63,043 nt of DNA, filler included, from Reclinomonas americana ATCC 50394 (GCA_048213135.1; 6 parts of 2 records of this genome joined end to end with filler, not necessarily neighbours in it), one strand, 5' to 3'; positions 1 through 13,543 are shown, counted from the whole stretch's first letter. Notes: generated from the letters alone by a model not told the origin. Translations and numbers: made by a program.

Positions 1-347
1 GCAGTGATACTGGTGGTGGTGACAGACGTGGAAGAAGAAGAAGAAGAAGAAGAAGAAGAAGAAGAGGCAGGCACTCGTCGCCTCGCCATCGCAGGCACAC
101 CACGATGAGCAGACGACCCCGATGCGCTCTTCTTCTTCTCCGCATCATCATCATCCTCGTTGATGTTGATGGAGAGAGAGGAGGAATGCATCATCATCAT
201 CGTCGTCAAATGCTGCTTGCTGTCGATGAGCATCATGTCTGCCTTCTCGTCGTCGCACGGAGAAGAGGCCGACATTGGCAGCGAAGGAGTTGTTGTTGTT
301 GTTGTTGTTGAGCGAGGACGAGGAGGAGGAGGACGGCGAGCGGCCAT
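1..347 (-). CDS. First exon of array gene copy A (runs off the window); 1 nt shorter than copy D, so possibly frameshifted
   Basis: ATG at 347 gives MAARRPPPPRPRSTTTT...DSKQ, homologous to copy D exon 1. AGCGCATCGGGTCGTCT here versus AGCGCATTGTGGTCGTCT in D. Confidence 0.65.
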   Translation of the reverse strand, partial: MAARRPPPPRPRSTTTTTTTPSLPMSASSPCDDEKADMMLIDSKQHLTTMMMMHSSSLSININEDDDDAEKKKSASGSSAHRGVPAMARRRVPASSSSSSSSSSSSTSVTTTSIT

Positions 348-1527
348 TCGTGTGTGTCTTGGTTCTTGTCTCGCACACACGCGCGCGCTGCGTGATGCAA
401 GAAACGATGAGAGAGAGAGAGTGAGATAAGAGAGCAATGAAGATTCGTTGATCCGAACAGCATGATGAAAAGGTGACAAGTCGTGATGTGAAGAGAGGAG
501 GGAAGAAGAAGAGGAGTGAGGAGGGTGAGAAGGGGGAGAGAAGATGGTGTCAGAGAACTGGGCAACCTTGGGTGCATAGTCAACTACGATTGTTCTCCAT
601 GACCAGCATATGCATGCCTCACGGAGAGAACACGGATCAGTGGAAGCTGGTGCTGGGATGCTGATGGACAGCAAGTCCACGCAGAGTTCGACAGGGCAGA
701 TGAGCAGCATACCCTCGATGAACACCGAGGAAGAGCCACGGACAGATACAATGAGGTCACGATATCGCGATCCAACTGAAACCACAACCCTGATCGCCAT
801 CGAGACTGCATGCCAACCACACCCGCTGCAGTGGAGCCGATAGGAGGCGCAGGAGTATCAACAGACCCAACAAAGCAGCATTGCCCGCTGCTCAATCCAC
901 ATGATCCACAGGAAACACAAGTCGCCTGCACAATCTCGCGACCGACGACTCCCTCCTCCCCCAGCTGCTGGTGGGCCATTATGCACCCGCGGTGTACTGC
1001 TCTGCCGCTGCCATGAACAGAGAAGAAGCAAGTGTCGTTGATTACGAATATGGCTGGCCTTGGTCAACAAGACAGCCATTCTCGCGCAAAATCACGAATG
1101 CAAATGCATGCCTCCGTGGCGGCTGCACGCACAACAGCAGCATTCATTCGCCTTGCAAGTTGCACTGTGGCCTCGGTTCCAATCCTTCACTCATCTTGCT
1201 CTTCTTCCTGCGACAACAACAGCAGTCAGCTGCATGCAGAGAAAAACACACATGCAGAGTCCATGCCTCACAACACAAGGCATAGCTCACCAATATCACT
1301 CTTAGTGCACTGGGTTACTGCTTTCTTCTTCCCCGACAAGCTGCCTATGCATGTGCTGCTTGCCCAGTGAAATCTCTTAACCGCTCCAATCCCTCCCCCT
1401 GCCGCTCACCCCACCCCCCCCTCCCTCACCACGCATCAATGCAGGCATACTGTCGTTCATCCAAGGCAGTATCTTGCTCCTGACATCCAGCTCCTTCCTC
1501 CTCCACCACTACCTTGAATTGCTTGCC

Positions 1528-4500
1528 CTACATGTATTCCTCCTCCTCCTCCTCCTCCTCCTCCTCCTTCTCCTCCTCCTCCTCCTCTTCCTCCTCCTCC
1601 TCCTTCTCCTCCTCTTTCTTCACCACCTCCATTTTCACCGGCTTCTCGTCGCCCACCACTGCATTCATGCTCGTCAGTGCTGATGCTCGCACAACATCCA
1701 ACAATTGCAGGTGCTCCCTGATCATCGAAGTTGGAGCACTCACCAGCACGCTCAATTTCCGCCTTTGAAAGGCAGCCGTCCCGAAGCAGAGTGGCCAGCA
1801 GGTCTGGACAGCCGTGGAGAGCCTGCATGGCCAGCGTAACGAATGGCGAAAGAGCATTAGGAGTGCCTCCCTTCTGCGACTTTGCAGCTGATTCCTGTCA
1901 TCCAAGCCACAGCAGTACTCGTGAGCCAGCTTTCAATGACGCGCATCAGCACACACAATTTCACACGCACCTGAGAGCGGCCACGTTCGTCAATCACAAT
2001 CAGTGGCTTCTCGACGGCATCCACCAGCTCAGCTCCCCGAAGACCACTCTTCTGATGGTGACATCCACGTCGAAGTCGAGTCAGGTACCACGCACAAAAC
2101 AATCGGAAGGATACCGAAACAACACACCGACACTCACCGCCCAAAACTGATTTGGGCGTCTTGCTGCGTGCTGCATTGGCACTATCGGCAAGACTCTTGC
2201 TGAATGCAGACATGACTGCGGCCGAAGGGCAGCCCCGTCCCTCAAACGGTATTCCGCATTCGTCACAGGCAAGTTGGAAGAGAACGCGCTGATGATGGAG
2301 GACTGTGGATGGCATCACCACGGGTGCCATGAGGCCAAATGCCTTCACCAGTATCCTCTTCTTGTTGCAACCCTGCTCCGAGGCAAGGTGACCAGATGGG
2401 AGTAACAGCATTGTCGGTGACATGCAGAGATGATAGCAACACGCAACAAACAGTCTCGCCAGCATCAGTTGCTCGTTGATGCTCAGCTTCACAGGATCAC
2501 TCTTGCGGAGCTGTGAAGCGCAATCCACACAGAGTTAGGACACGCATCTGTCTCGCATCTAACGGAAACGAGCGACGGGCGTACCTTGCCATCGTCCTCA
2601 TCCTCCTGCTCTTCCTCCCTCTTCTCCTCTTTCTTCACCATCTCCATCTCCCTCAGTGCTGTTCAGCCGTTGTTGAGCACATGCGCGCAGAGTGCAGCTA
2701 TTCAGGTCGCGCAGCCAAACCTCGTTTACTGCACCACTCGGCGGCACGTGCAATCTCTGCCTCGGACAGACAGTCGTCTCGGAGCAGAGTGGTCAGCAGG
2801 CCAGGACAGTTGTGGAGAGCTTGCATCGCCTGCGTGATGAATGGTTGATGGAGTGTCTGCTTGTTGTGCTGCACCCTCGCCAAGCGTGATGACTCCTGAC
2901 ACGCGAATTCCAGAACACAGAACGTGAGAATATGGCAGCCAATGTGTAAAACGCACACAGATCGCAAGACAGCCAACCTCCGAATAGCCACGTTCATCCA
3001 CCACAACCAGGGGTCTCTCAATGGCATTCGCCAGAGCAGCGCCACGCAGTTCACTCTTCTGCATAATTCCACACATACATTAGCGATGATATTGACTCAG
3101 TCGCGCGAAATGGACGCTGCTCACCTCGATAAAGTCGCTCATCATGTGGAGCACTCTTTCAACTGACTTGGGCGTGTTGGCGCGCACACCGTTGACGGTA
3201 TGGCCAAGACTCTTGCCGAATGAGCTCACGACCGCCGATGACAGGCAGCCTGCATTCGACGAAGGAACACCACACTCCTTGCATGCAAGATCAACAAGTA
3301 TTCGCTGATGACGGCAGATTGCGGATCCCATCACAATTGGTGCCATGATGCCAAACGTCATCACCAGTATCTTCTTCTTGTTGCAGCACTGCTCTCCCAT
3401 GAATTACATCGGTGGTGCGGTGAACACTCAATCAGCCAGAAAACTACAGAAGGAGGTCATGACTGCGTGCACACGCAACAAGTAGCCTCGCCAACATCAG
3501 TTGTTCGTCCTTGCTCATTGTGTGAGAATCACTCTCTTGTCGCTGTGAATGTGCAGCATGAGATGATGCCAGTATGCACTCACACCATCATTCATGGTCA
3601 TACCTTGCTCCTGTCACTCTCACCGACGTCGTCCTTCTCATCCTCCTCCCCGTCGACCCTCAAATCATCCTCCTCCTCCTTCCTCTCTTCTTTCTTCAGC
3701 ACCTTGGCCTCCAGCAGAGCTGCATCTCGTTCGTCAGCACTGACATTTCGCACAATAGAACGCACCCGATGTCATCCAACCTCTCTCACTGCACCACTCG
3801 ACGGCCCTTGCGATCTCCTCATCGGAGAGACAGCCGTCTCGAATCAGCAACGCTTGCAAGCCAGGACACTCACGCAGGGCCTGCGCGGCTTGGGCGACGA
3901 CCGGCAGGAGACGGTCTTTGTTATTCAGTGACTTCTCCATCATATTCCATGACTCCTGAAGCACGATCGACATCGTAAAAGAAGTGGGTGAGTGGACATA
4001 AACCGGAAAATGCCGAGACAACACAAAGGAAAGTTTGCACACCTCCGAATGGCCCCGCTCATCAACCACAATAAGTGGTCTCTCAATGGCATCCGCCAGA
4101 GCAGCGCCGCGCAGTTCACTCTTCTACAAGAGTTACATGTATTCATGCTGGTTCACTTTGCAGTCACGTGTAAGATGGATAACACAGACCTCGATGAGCT
4201 TGCTCATGCTCTGAAGCACTCCCTTAACTGATTTGGGCGTGTTGGTGCGTGACTTGTTGACTACATGGCCAAGACTCTTGCCGAATGAATCCATGACTGC
4301 GTGCGACGGACTGCCAGCTCCCGATGAAGGCATACCACACTCCTTGCAGGCGAGTTCAACGAGAACGCGCTGATGATGCCAGACAGTGCTTTGTCTCAGA
4401 ATCGGTGCCATGATACCGAATGCCATCACCAACAGCTTCTTCTTGTTGCACCGCTGCTCGCATACATTGACGCACGCATCAGGTGTCATTAAATGACAGG

Positions 4501-6478
4501 CAAGCACATGGCAAAGTGCAACTGATCTGCCTTGCTGGGGTATTGCACACGCAACGAGTAGTCTGCCCAGCACGATTCGGTCGTCCATGCTCAACTCCGC
4601 ATTGAATACATAGCGACTGCACGTGACGCGCTGCAAATACGCACCCCATGAGACATCAACCATCAACACAACTGCTTCCCAAGCCATACACAGACATTGG
4701 CATCATCGTACCTTGCTCGTCTTTGTTTCTTCATCATCATCACTTCCTGCATCCTCCTGTCAACGCAACGCATCAGCGCGTGGCCGAGTCCACGAAGACA
4801 CACTCAGTTTCCGTCATTCATGAACTGTTGATGCTCACCTTGGTGTCAACATCTTCATGCTTGATGTCATCGTCGTCTTTCTTCACCACCATTTTCACAT
4901 CGCCAGATTCTGCGTGGTGCTGGTCAACACCGGTGCAAGCAACAACAACCGACACATGAAGTTGCAGACCTTTTGATTGGCACCACGTGACGGCGCGTGC
5001 AATCTCGGCCTCAGAGAGGTGGTTGTCTCGAAGCAGAGTAGTCATGAGACCATCACACTCGCGCCATGCATCCATAGCCTCCGTGACAAATGGCTGAAGT
5101 TGGTCTCTCTGGGCCTTGTTCGCTGGAGACAGTCTCTTCCACGATTCCTATCTCGAACAAGCCGAGAGAATAAACGTCAGTCGGCATGATCACAACCAAC
5201 ACAAGATCGAGTAACATAAGCGCACCTCTGAATACCCGCGCTCATCTACCACAATCAGCGGTCTCTCAACGGCATCCACCAGAGCCGCGCCACTGAGCTG
5301 GCTCATCTGCAGATTGCAATCATCTGCACGTTGGTTCACATACCACAATCGTTATAGGCACTCACGCATGCTCACCTCCACATACCTACTCACGCTCAGG
5401 AGCACACCCTCAACTGATATGGGCATTTCACTGCGTGAGTGCATGGCAGTTCCGCAAAGCTTCTTGCCGAATGTACACTTGACTACAGACGACGAGCAAC
5501 CCGGCTCCGACGATTGAATTCTGCAGTCGTCGCAAGCAACGTCGAAGAGAACACTCTGATGGTGGATGACTGTGGATCCGTGAACACTTGATGCCATCAA
5601 CCCGAATGCCTTCACCAGGATCCTCTTCCGATTGCATCGCTGCGAGTGACAGGAGAAGAATGGTGAGTGCGACGAGGAGAAGTAGGAGGCTGAAGGCGTT
5701 GCAACGATGTCAGAGAAAGCATGCACACGCAACAAGCAGCTTGTTCAGCAACAGCTCCTCGTCTGCGCTCAACTCTGGCTCTTTTGCAGCTCGAGTCCTG
5801 ACACGCTGTGAATCCACAACATGCGTCATTGACACACAAGAACCCAAATGCACATCGATGAACAAGCACAACTATGCCAGCGACAGAGAATGCACACCTT
5901 CTTCTTCTTCTTCTTCTTCTTCTTTGGTGGTGCAAGCTCGTCATCGCTGGATGCATCAACCTGCGGAGAATGAATGAAACATCAGGTGTCAACTACCAAG
6001 CACAAGAGAGGGAGAGGCAAAGTGAGACGCGCGCCTCATCGGGGTTCACCTCGAGAGATCGTTTGCGGGCCGATATCTCAACTGAGTCACGTGCAGGCAA
6101 GTCCTCACTGTGATCAACCAGAGGCGAGTCGACTCGCTGCCTCCTCATACGTTGCTGTGCAATCATGCCAAGAGAGAAAAGAGAGAGAGAGAAAAGTGAG
6201 AGACATGCATATCTGGGGAAGGCACACACAATCACTGTACCTCGACGATGCCTTCCATCGCTGTGTGCTCCATGTGCTCCTGGTGAGTAGCTGTGTGCAT
6301 GCACCACCCAGGTGAGACACTACGTGACAAAAGAACACCAATGATTGCAGGAGAGACAGAATGAGACGCACCGTGCTCAGTGTGAATGTCCACGTCATTT
6401 CGAGCAGCGGCAATGGCGGCCGTGCTTTCGACAGCATGCTTCTTCTTCGTGTCCTTCAACATGCCAGCTGGTTCTGCA
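1528..6478 (-). CDS. Array gene copy B (exon 1 lost in gap): 4 copies of the ~200-aa domain; the last is an R4/R5 chimera with a 29-nt exonic deletion, so possibly a truncated gene or pseudogene
   Basis: Domain copies at ~4970-5804, ~3782-4630, ~2721-3542 and ~1744-2510. Motifs KILVKAFGLMAP, HHQRVL, CGIP, TPKSVE, RPLIVVDERGYSE and LLRDGCLS.AEIARAV.WC. Stop TAG at 1528-1530. Confidence 0.75.
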
Positions 6479-7540
6479 ACAGGGTATCGAAACAACGACA
6501 ATCCATGAAGAAAGAAGAAAAGAAGAAGAAGAAGAAGAAGAAAAAGAAGAAGAACAAGAACAAGAAGAAGAAGAAGAAGAAAAAGAAGAAGAACAAGAAN
6601 NNNNNNNNNNNNNNNNNNNNNNNNNNNNNNNNNNNNNNNNNNNTTAATTAATTAANNNNNNNNNNNNNNNNNNNNNNNNNNNNNNNNNNNNNNNNNNNNC
6701 GCGATCCAGCTGAAAACCACAACTCTGATCGCCATCTAGACTGCATGCCAATCGCACCCGCTGAGATGGTGTCGAGTGGTGGTGCAGGAGTATCAACAGG
6801 CCCAACAAAGCAGCATTGCCCGCTGCTCAATCCACATCGATCCACAGGAAATACGAGTCACTTGCACAATCTCGCGATGAGTCACACTCCTTCCCGCAGC
6901 TGCTGGTGGGCCATCATGCACCGCGGTGTACTGCTCTGCCGCTGCCATGAACACAGAAGAAGCAAGTGTCGCTGCTTTCGAATATAGCTGGCCTTAGTCA
7001 ACAACATAGCCATTCTCATGCAAATCACGACAGCAAATGCATGCCTCCGTGGCGGCTGCACGCACAACAGCAGCATTCATTCGCCTCCCAAGTCCAATGA
7101 AGGCCCCGGTTCCAATCCTTCACTCATCTTGCTCTTCCCCCTGCGACAACAACAGCAGTCAGCTGCATGCAGAGGAAAACACACATGCAGAGTCAATGCC
7201 TCACAACACACGGCAGTGGTTTAAAATACTGATGCACTGGGTTTCTGCTTCCTTCTTCTTCAAAAAGCTTTATCGACCTCACAACACCATGCATGCGCTG
7301 CTTGGCCAGTGAACCGTCTTCCCCTCTCTCATCCCACCCGCTGCCACTCACCCCCACTCTCTCGCCACGCACTGGNNNNNNNNNNNNNNNNNNNNNNNNN
7401 NNNNNNNNNNNNNNNNNNNNNNNNNNNNNNNNNNNNNNNNNNNNNNNNNNNNNNNNNNNNNNNNNNNNGTCCATCGACAGCAGCGTCTTGCTCTTCACAT
7501 CCAGCCCCTCCTCCTCCACCACCATCCTGAATTGCTTGCT

Positions 7541-10500
7541 CTACATGTATTCCTCCTCCTCCTCCTCCTCCTCCTCCTCCTCCTCCCCCTCCTCTTTCTT
7601 CACCGCCTCCATCTTCACCGGCTTCTCGTCACCCAACACTGTATTCATGCTCGTAAGTGTTGATGCCGGAACGACATCCAACAACAGCAGGTGCTCCCTG
7701 ATCGTCGCATTTAAAGAACTCACCGGCACGCTCGATCTCCGCCTTTGAAAGACAACCGTCTCGAAGCAGAGTGGCCAGCAGGCCAGGGCAGTTGTGGAGC
7801 AGATACGTGGATTGTGTGACAAAAGGCAGAAGAGCATTTGGGCCTCCCTTCTGAATGTGCTCGGCACATTCCTACAATCCGAGAAAAGCAAAGTAAGTCA
7901 GCATCGTCAAATCACAACAGCGTACACACAATCATGATTGACATGCCTCAGAGTGCCCACGCTCATCAATCACAATCAGTGGACTCTCGACAGCATCCAC
8001 CAGCGCAGCTTCTCGAAGACCGCTCTTCTAATGATTCCACGTGTACACAATGAAGGGCAGGTCAATTGCCACGCACACACAGGCGGATGTGCAACATAAA
8101 ACATCACACAGTCACTCACCTCGATGAAATCGCTCACGCTCTCGAGCACACCCTCAGTTGACTTCAGCGTCGTGCAGCGTGCCACCTTGGCACTGCCGGC
8201 AAGACTCTTGCCAAATGCAGCCATGACTGCGGATGATGGACTGCCCGGTCCCTTCGATGGTATGCCGCAGTCATCACAGGCAAGTTGGAAGAGAGCGCGC
8301 TGATGATGGAGGACTGTGGATGGCATCACCACGGGTGCCATGAGGCCGAATGCCTTCACCATCATCCTCTTCCTGTTACCGCCCTGCTCTCGGGTGTAAC
8401 AAATGGGTGGGAGCGAGTGAGGAGCCGACGATGACAGCAATGTCGGCGATACAAAGAACACGTAACAAGCAATCTCGCCAGCATCATTTGCTCGTTGATG
8501 CTCAACTTCGCAGGATCAATCTCGTGGCGCTGTGAAACACAGGCCACGCAGTGTTGAGAAGACAAGTCTCATGCATGACAAGTTCGCAGCGTCGGGCGTA
8601 CCTTCTTTCTCTTCGCGTTATCGTCCACATTCTCGCTGTCGCCATCATCTTCTTCCCGCTCATCCTTCCTCTCCTCCTCTTTCTCCATCATCTCCATCTC
8701 CCTCAGGGCTGTTCACTCACGTCTCAGTACAAGTAAGCAACAAAGCCACGAGCACAAGCAGCCAAACCTCTTTTACAGCACCACACGGCGGCACGTGCAA
8801 TCTCCGCCTGCGAAAGGCAGCCGTCTCGAAGCAGAGTGGTCAGCAGGTCTGGACAGCCGTGGAGAGCCTGTATGGCCTGTCTGACGTGTGGCGAAAGAAC
8901 ATTGGAAGCGCCTCGCTTCTGCGACTTTGCAAACTCCTACCATCCAGTGTGAGCCAGCTTTCAAAGCCGCACATCAATCAGCACACACAGTTTCACACGC
9001 GCCTCAGAGTAGCCACGTTCGTCAATCACAATCAGTGGTCTCTCGACGGCATCCACCAGCTCAGCTTCTCGAAGACCACTCTTCTGATGGTGACATCCAC
9101 GTCGAAGTCGAGTAAGGTACCACGCACATAACAATCGGAAGGATACCGAAACAACACACCGACACACTCACCTCTATGAAGTTGCTCATGCTCTCGAGAA
9201 CGCTCTCCACTGACTTGGGCGTCCTGCTGCGTGCGTTGAGGGCACTGCTGGCAAGAGTCTTGACAAATGCAGACAAGACTGCGGCCGAAGGGCAGCCCCG
9301 TCCCTCCAACGGTATTCCGCAATCGTCACAGGCAAGTTGGAGGAGAACGCGCTGATGATGGATGACTGTGGATCCCAACACCACGAATGCCATTAAACCG
9401 AATGCCTTCACCAGCATCCTCTTCTTGTCGCAACCCTGCTCCAAGGCGAGATGAGAAGATGGAAGTAACAGCATTGTCGGTGACATGCAGAGATAACAGC
9501 AACACGCAACAAGCAGTTTCGCCAGCATCAGTTGCTCGTTGATGCGCAGCTTCGCAGGACCACTCTTGCTGTGCTGTGAAGCGCAAACCACACAGAGTTA
9601 GGACACGCACTTGCCTCGCATCTAACGGAAACGAGCGACGGGCGTACCTTGCCATCGTCCTCATCCTCATGCTCTTCCTCCCGCTTCTCCTCTTTCTTCA
9701 CCATCTCCATTTCCCTCAGTGCTGTTCAATCGTTGCTGAGCACATGCGCACCCTGTGCAGCTATGCAAGTCACGCAGCCCAACCTCGTTCACCGCACCAC
9801 TCGACAGCACGTGTGATCTCTGTCTTCGAAAGACAGTCGTTTCGAAGCAGAGTGGCCAGCAGGCCAGGGCAATTGTGGAGAGCTTGCATTGCCTGCGTGA
9901 CGAATGGCTGAATAGGTGTCTGCCTGCTGCGCTGCATCGTCGGCAACTTTGACGACTCCTGACAACCAATTCCAGAACACGGAGCATGAGTATATGGCAG
10001 CCAATATGTACAACGAACACTGAGTGCAAGGCAGCCAACCTCCGAATAGCCACGTTCATCCACAACAACCAGGGGTCTCTCAATGGCATTCGCCAGAGCA
10101 GCGCCACGCAGTTCACTCTTCTGCATAATGCCACATACATTAGCGTTGATATTGATTCAGTCGAGTGAGATGGACGCTGCTCACCTCGATAAAGTCGCCC
10201 ATCATGTGGAGCACTCTCTCAACTGACTTGGGCGTGTTGGCGCGTACGTGTTGGACGACACTGCCAAAATTCTTGCCGAACGAGCTCACGACCGCCGACG
10301 ACAGGCAGCCTGCTTTCGATGAAGGAACACCACACTCCTCGCTTGCCAAGTCAAAAAGAATGCGCTGATGATGGCAGATTGTGGATCCCATAACCATCGG
10401 TGCCATGATGCCAAATGCCTTCACCAGTATCCTCTTCTTGTTGCAGCACTACTCTCCCATGAATCACATCGGTGGTGCGGTGAACACTCAAGATCAATCA

Positions 10501-13500
10501 GCCAGACGACTACCGAAGGAGGTCATGACTGAAATCAAACGCAACAAGTAGCCTCGCCAGCATCAGTTGCTCGTCCTTGCTCATTGTTGTTGGAGCAGTC
10601 CCTCGTCGCTGTGGATACTGTGAAGATATGCCACACTGTGCACCCGCCCCATCATTCATGGTCATACCTTGCTCCTGTCACTCTCACCCATGTCATCGTC
10701 CTCATCTTCCTCCCCGTCGACCCTCGAATCATCCTCCTCCTCATCCTCCTCCTTCATCTCTTCTTCCTTCAGCACCTTGGCCTCCAGCAGAGCTGCATCT
10801 CGCCTGTCAGCACTGACATTTCGCACAAAAGAACGCATTCGATGCAATCAAACCTTTTTCGCTGCACCACTCGACTGCCCGTGCGATCTCCTCATCGGAG
10901 AGACAGCCATCTCGAATCAGCGACGCGTGCAAGCCAGGACACTCACGCAGGGCCTGCGCGGCTTGGACGACGAGCGGCAGGAGAAGGTCGTTTCTCTTCC
11001 CTTTTTTCTCCATCATATTCCATGACTCCTGAAACACGTTCGACATCGTGAAAGAAACGGGTGAGTCGGCACAAACCAGGAAATGGGAAGAGCACACAAA
11101 GGAAAGTTTGCACACCTCCGAATGGCCCCGTTCGTCCACCACAATCAGTGGTCTCTCAATGGCATCTGCCAGAGCATCGCCGCGCAGTTCACTCTTCTGC
11201 AAGAGATTACATGCACTGACGTTGGCTCACTTTCCAGTCGCACCAGAGATAGACAGCACAGACTGATGCTCACCTCGATAAACTTGCTCATGCTCTGGAG
11301 CATTCCCTCAACTGATTTGGGCGTGTTGGTGCGTGCCATGTTGACGACATGGCCAAGACTCTTGCCGAATGAATCCATGGCTGCGGACGACGGACTGCCA
11401 GCTCCCGATGAAGGAATACCACACTCGTTGCAGGCGAGTTCAAAGAGAACTCGCTGATAATGCCAGACTGTGCTTTGCTTCGCAACTGGTGCCATGATAC
11501 CGAATGCCATCACCAACAGCTTCTTCTTGTTGCACCGCTGTTTTTCGCACACATCCACGCACGCACCAGGTGTTACGACAGTCAAGCACATGGCAGAGTG
11601 CAACTGATCTGCCTTGCTGGGGTATTGCACACGCAACATGCAGTCTGTCCAGCACGATTCGGTCGTCCATGCTCAAATCCGCATTGAATACATAGCGACC
11701 GCACTTGACGCGCTGCAAATACGCACCCCATGAGACATCAACTTATCACACAACTGCCTCCCAAGCCATACACAGGCGGCGACAACGCGGTACCTTGCTC
11801 GTCCTTGATTCTTCACCATCATCACTTCCTGCATCCTCCTGTGAAAGCAACGCATCAGCGCGTGGCCGAGACCACGAAGACACAGCCAGTCTCTGCCATT
11901 CATGAACTGTTGCAGCGCACCTTAGTGTCATCTTCTTCATGCTTGATGTCATCGTCGTCTTTCTTCACCACCATTTTCACATCGCCAAATTCTGCGTAAT
12001 GCTGGTCAACACCGATGCAAGCAACAACAACAGCCGCATGAAATCGCAGACCTTTCGCATGGCACCACGTGACGGCGCGTGTAATCTCGGCATCAGAGAG
12101 GTGGTTGTCTCGAAGCAGAAAAGTCAGAAGACCACCGCACTCGCGCATCGCCTCGATGGCCTGCTTGACAAACGGCTGAAGATGGTCCTTTCGAGATTTG
12201 TTTTGTGTTGTTAATATCTCCCATGACTCCTGCCAATGAAGCCGAGTGAGCGTAGACTATCGGCAGGATCGCAACCGACACATAAAATCGAGTAACATAA
12301 GCACACCTCTGAATACCCGCGCTCATCCACCACAATAAGTGGCCACTCAACAGTATCCGCCAGAGCCGCACCACTGAGCTGGCTCATCTGCATTGTGCAA
12401 TCATCTGCTTGTTGATTTACGTACCTTAATCGCCGCAGGGACACATGCATGCTCACCTCGATGCAGTTGCTCACGCTCTGGAGCACACCCTCAACTGATT
12501 TGGGCGTTTTGGTGCGTGAGTGCTCTGCGGTCTCCCCTAGCTTTTTCCCGAATGTGCACCTGACTGCACTTGAAGTACGACCCAGCTCCGACATTGGAAT
12601 CCCGCAGTCGTCGCAGGCCAGCTCAAAGAGAGCACTCTGATGGTGGATGACTGTGGATCCGTGAACACTTGATGCCATCAACCCGAATGCCTTCACCAGG
12701 ATCCTCTTCCGGTTGCATCGCTGTGTGTGATGTAAGAAGAATGCTGAGTGCGACGAGGAGGAGGAGGAGGCTGAAGGCGTTGCAACGATGTCAGAGAGAG
12801 CATGTCCACGCAACAAGCAGCTTGTTCAGCAACAGCTTCTCGTCTGTGCTCAACTCCACTGGAGTTTTCGCAGCTCGAGCATTGCCGAGCTGTGAATTCA
12901 CATCATGCGTCATTGACACACCAGAGAGCCCAAATGCAGATCGATGAACAAGTACAAGAATGTCAGCGACAGAGAATTCACACCTTCTTCTTCTTCTTTG
13001 GCGGTGCAAGCTCATCATCGCTGGATGCATCCACCTGCTGACAACGAATGATAACATCAGGTTACAACTGCCAAGGACGAGCGACAGGCAAAGAGAGACG
13101 CATGCCTCATCGGAGTTCACCTCCAGAGAACGCTTGCGGACCGATGTCTCAACTGAGTCACGTGCAGGCAAGTTCTCACTGTGATCCACCGGAGACGAGT
13201 CGACTCGCTGCCTCCTCGTACGTTGCTGTCAATCATGCCAAGAGAGAAAAGAGAGAGAGAAAAGTGAGAGACATGCATATCTGGGATGGCACACGAAATT
13301 ACTGTACCTCGACGACGCCTTCCATCGCTGTGTGTTCCATGTGCTCCTGGTGAGCAGCTGGGTGCATGCATCGCCAAGGTGAGACAGCACGCGACACGAG
13401 AACACCAATGACTGCAGGGGAGAGAGAGAAGAGAGACGCACCCTGCTCAGTGCGATTCTCCGCGTCACTTCGGGCAGCGGCAATGGCGGCTGTGCTCTCG

Positions 13501-13543
13501 ACAGCGTGCTTCTTCTTCTTGTCCTTCAACATGCCAGCTGGAT
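7541..13543 (-). CDS. Array gene copy C (exon 1 in gap): 5 copies of the ~200-aa domain
   Basis: Domain copies at ~12051-12890, ~10853-11712, ~9783-10608, ~8768-9574 and ~7724-8530. The exons I checked join in frame with GT/GC-AG boundaries. Stop at 7541. Confidence 0.8.

Noticed and set aside
6644-6655. Palindromic TTAATTAATTAA between N runs (also ~23131, ~38459, ~54439, ~58660)
   Set aside because: Artificial scaffolding linker with stops in all six frames, always centred in a gap.
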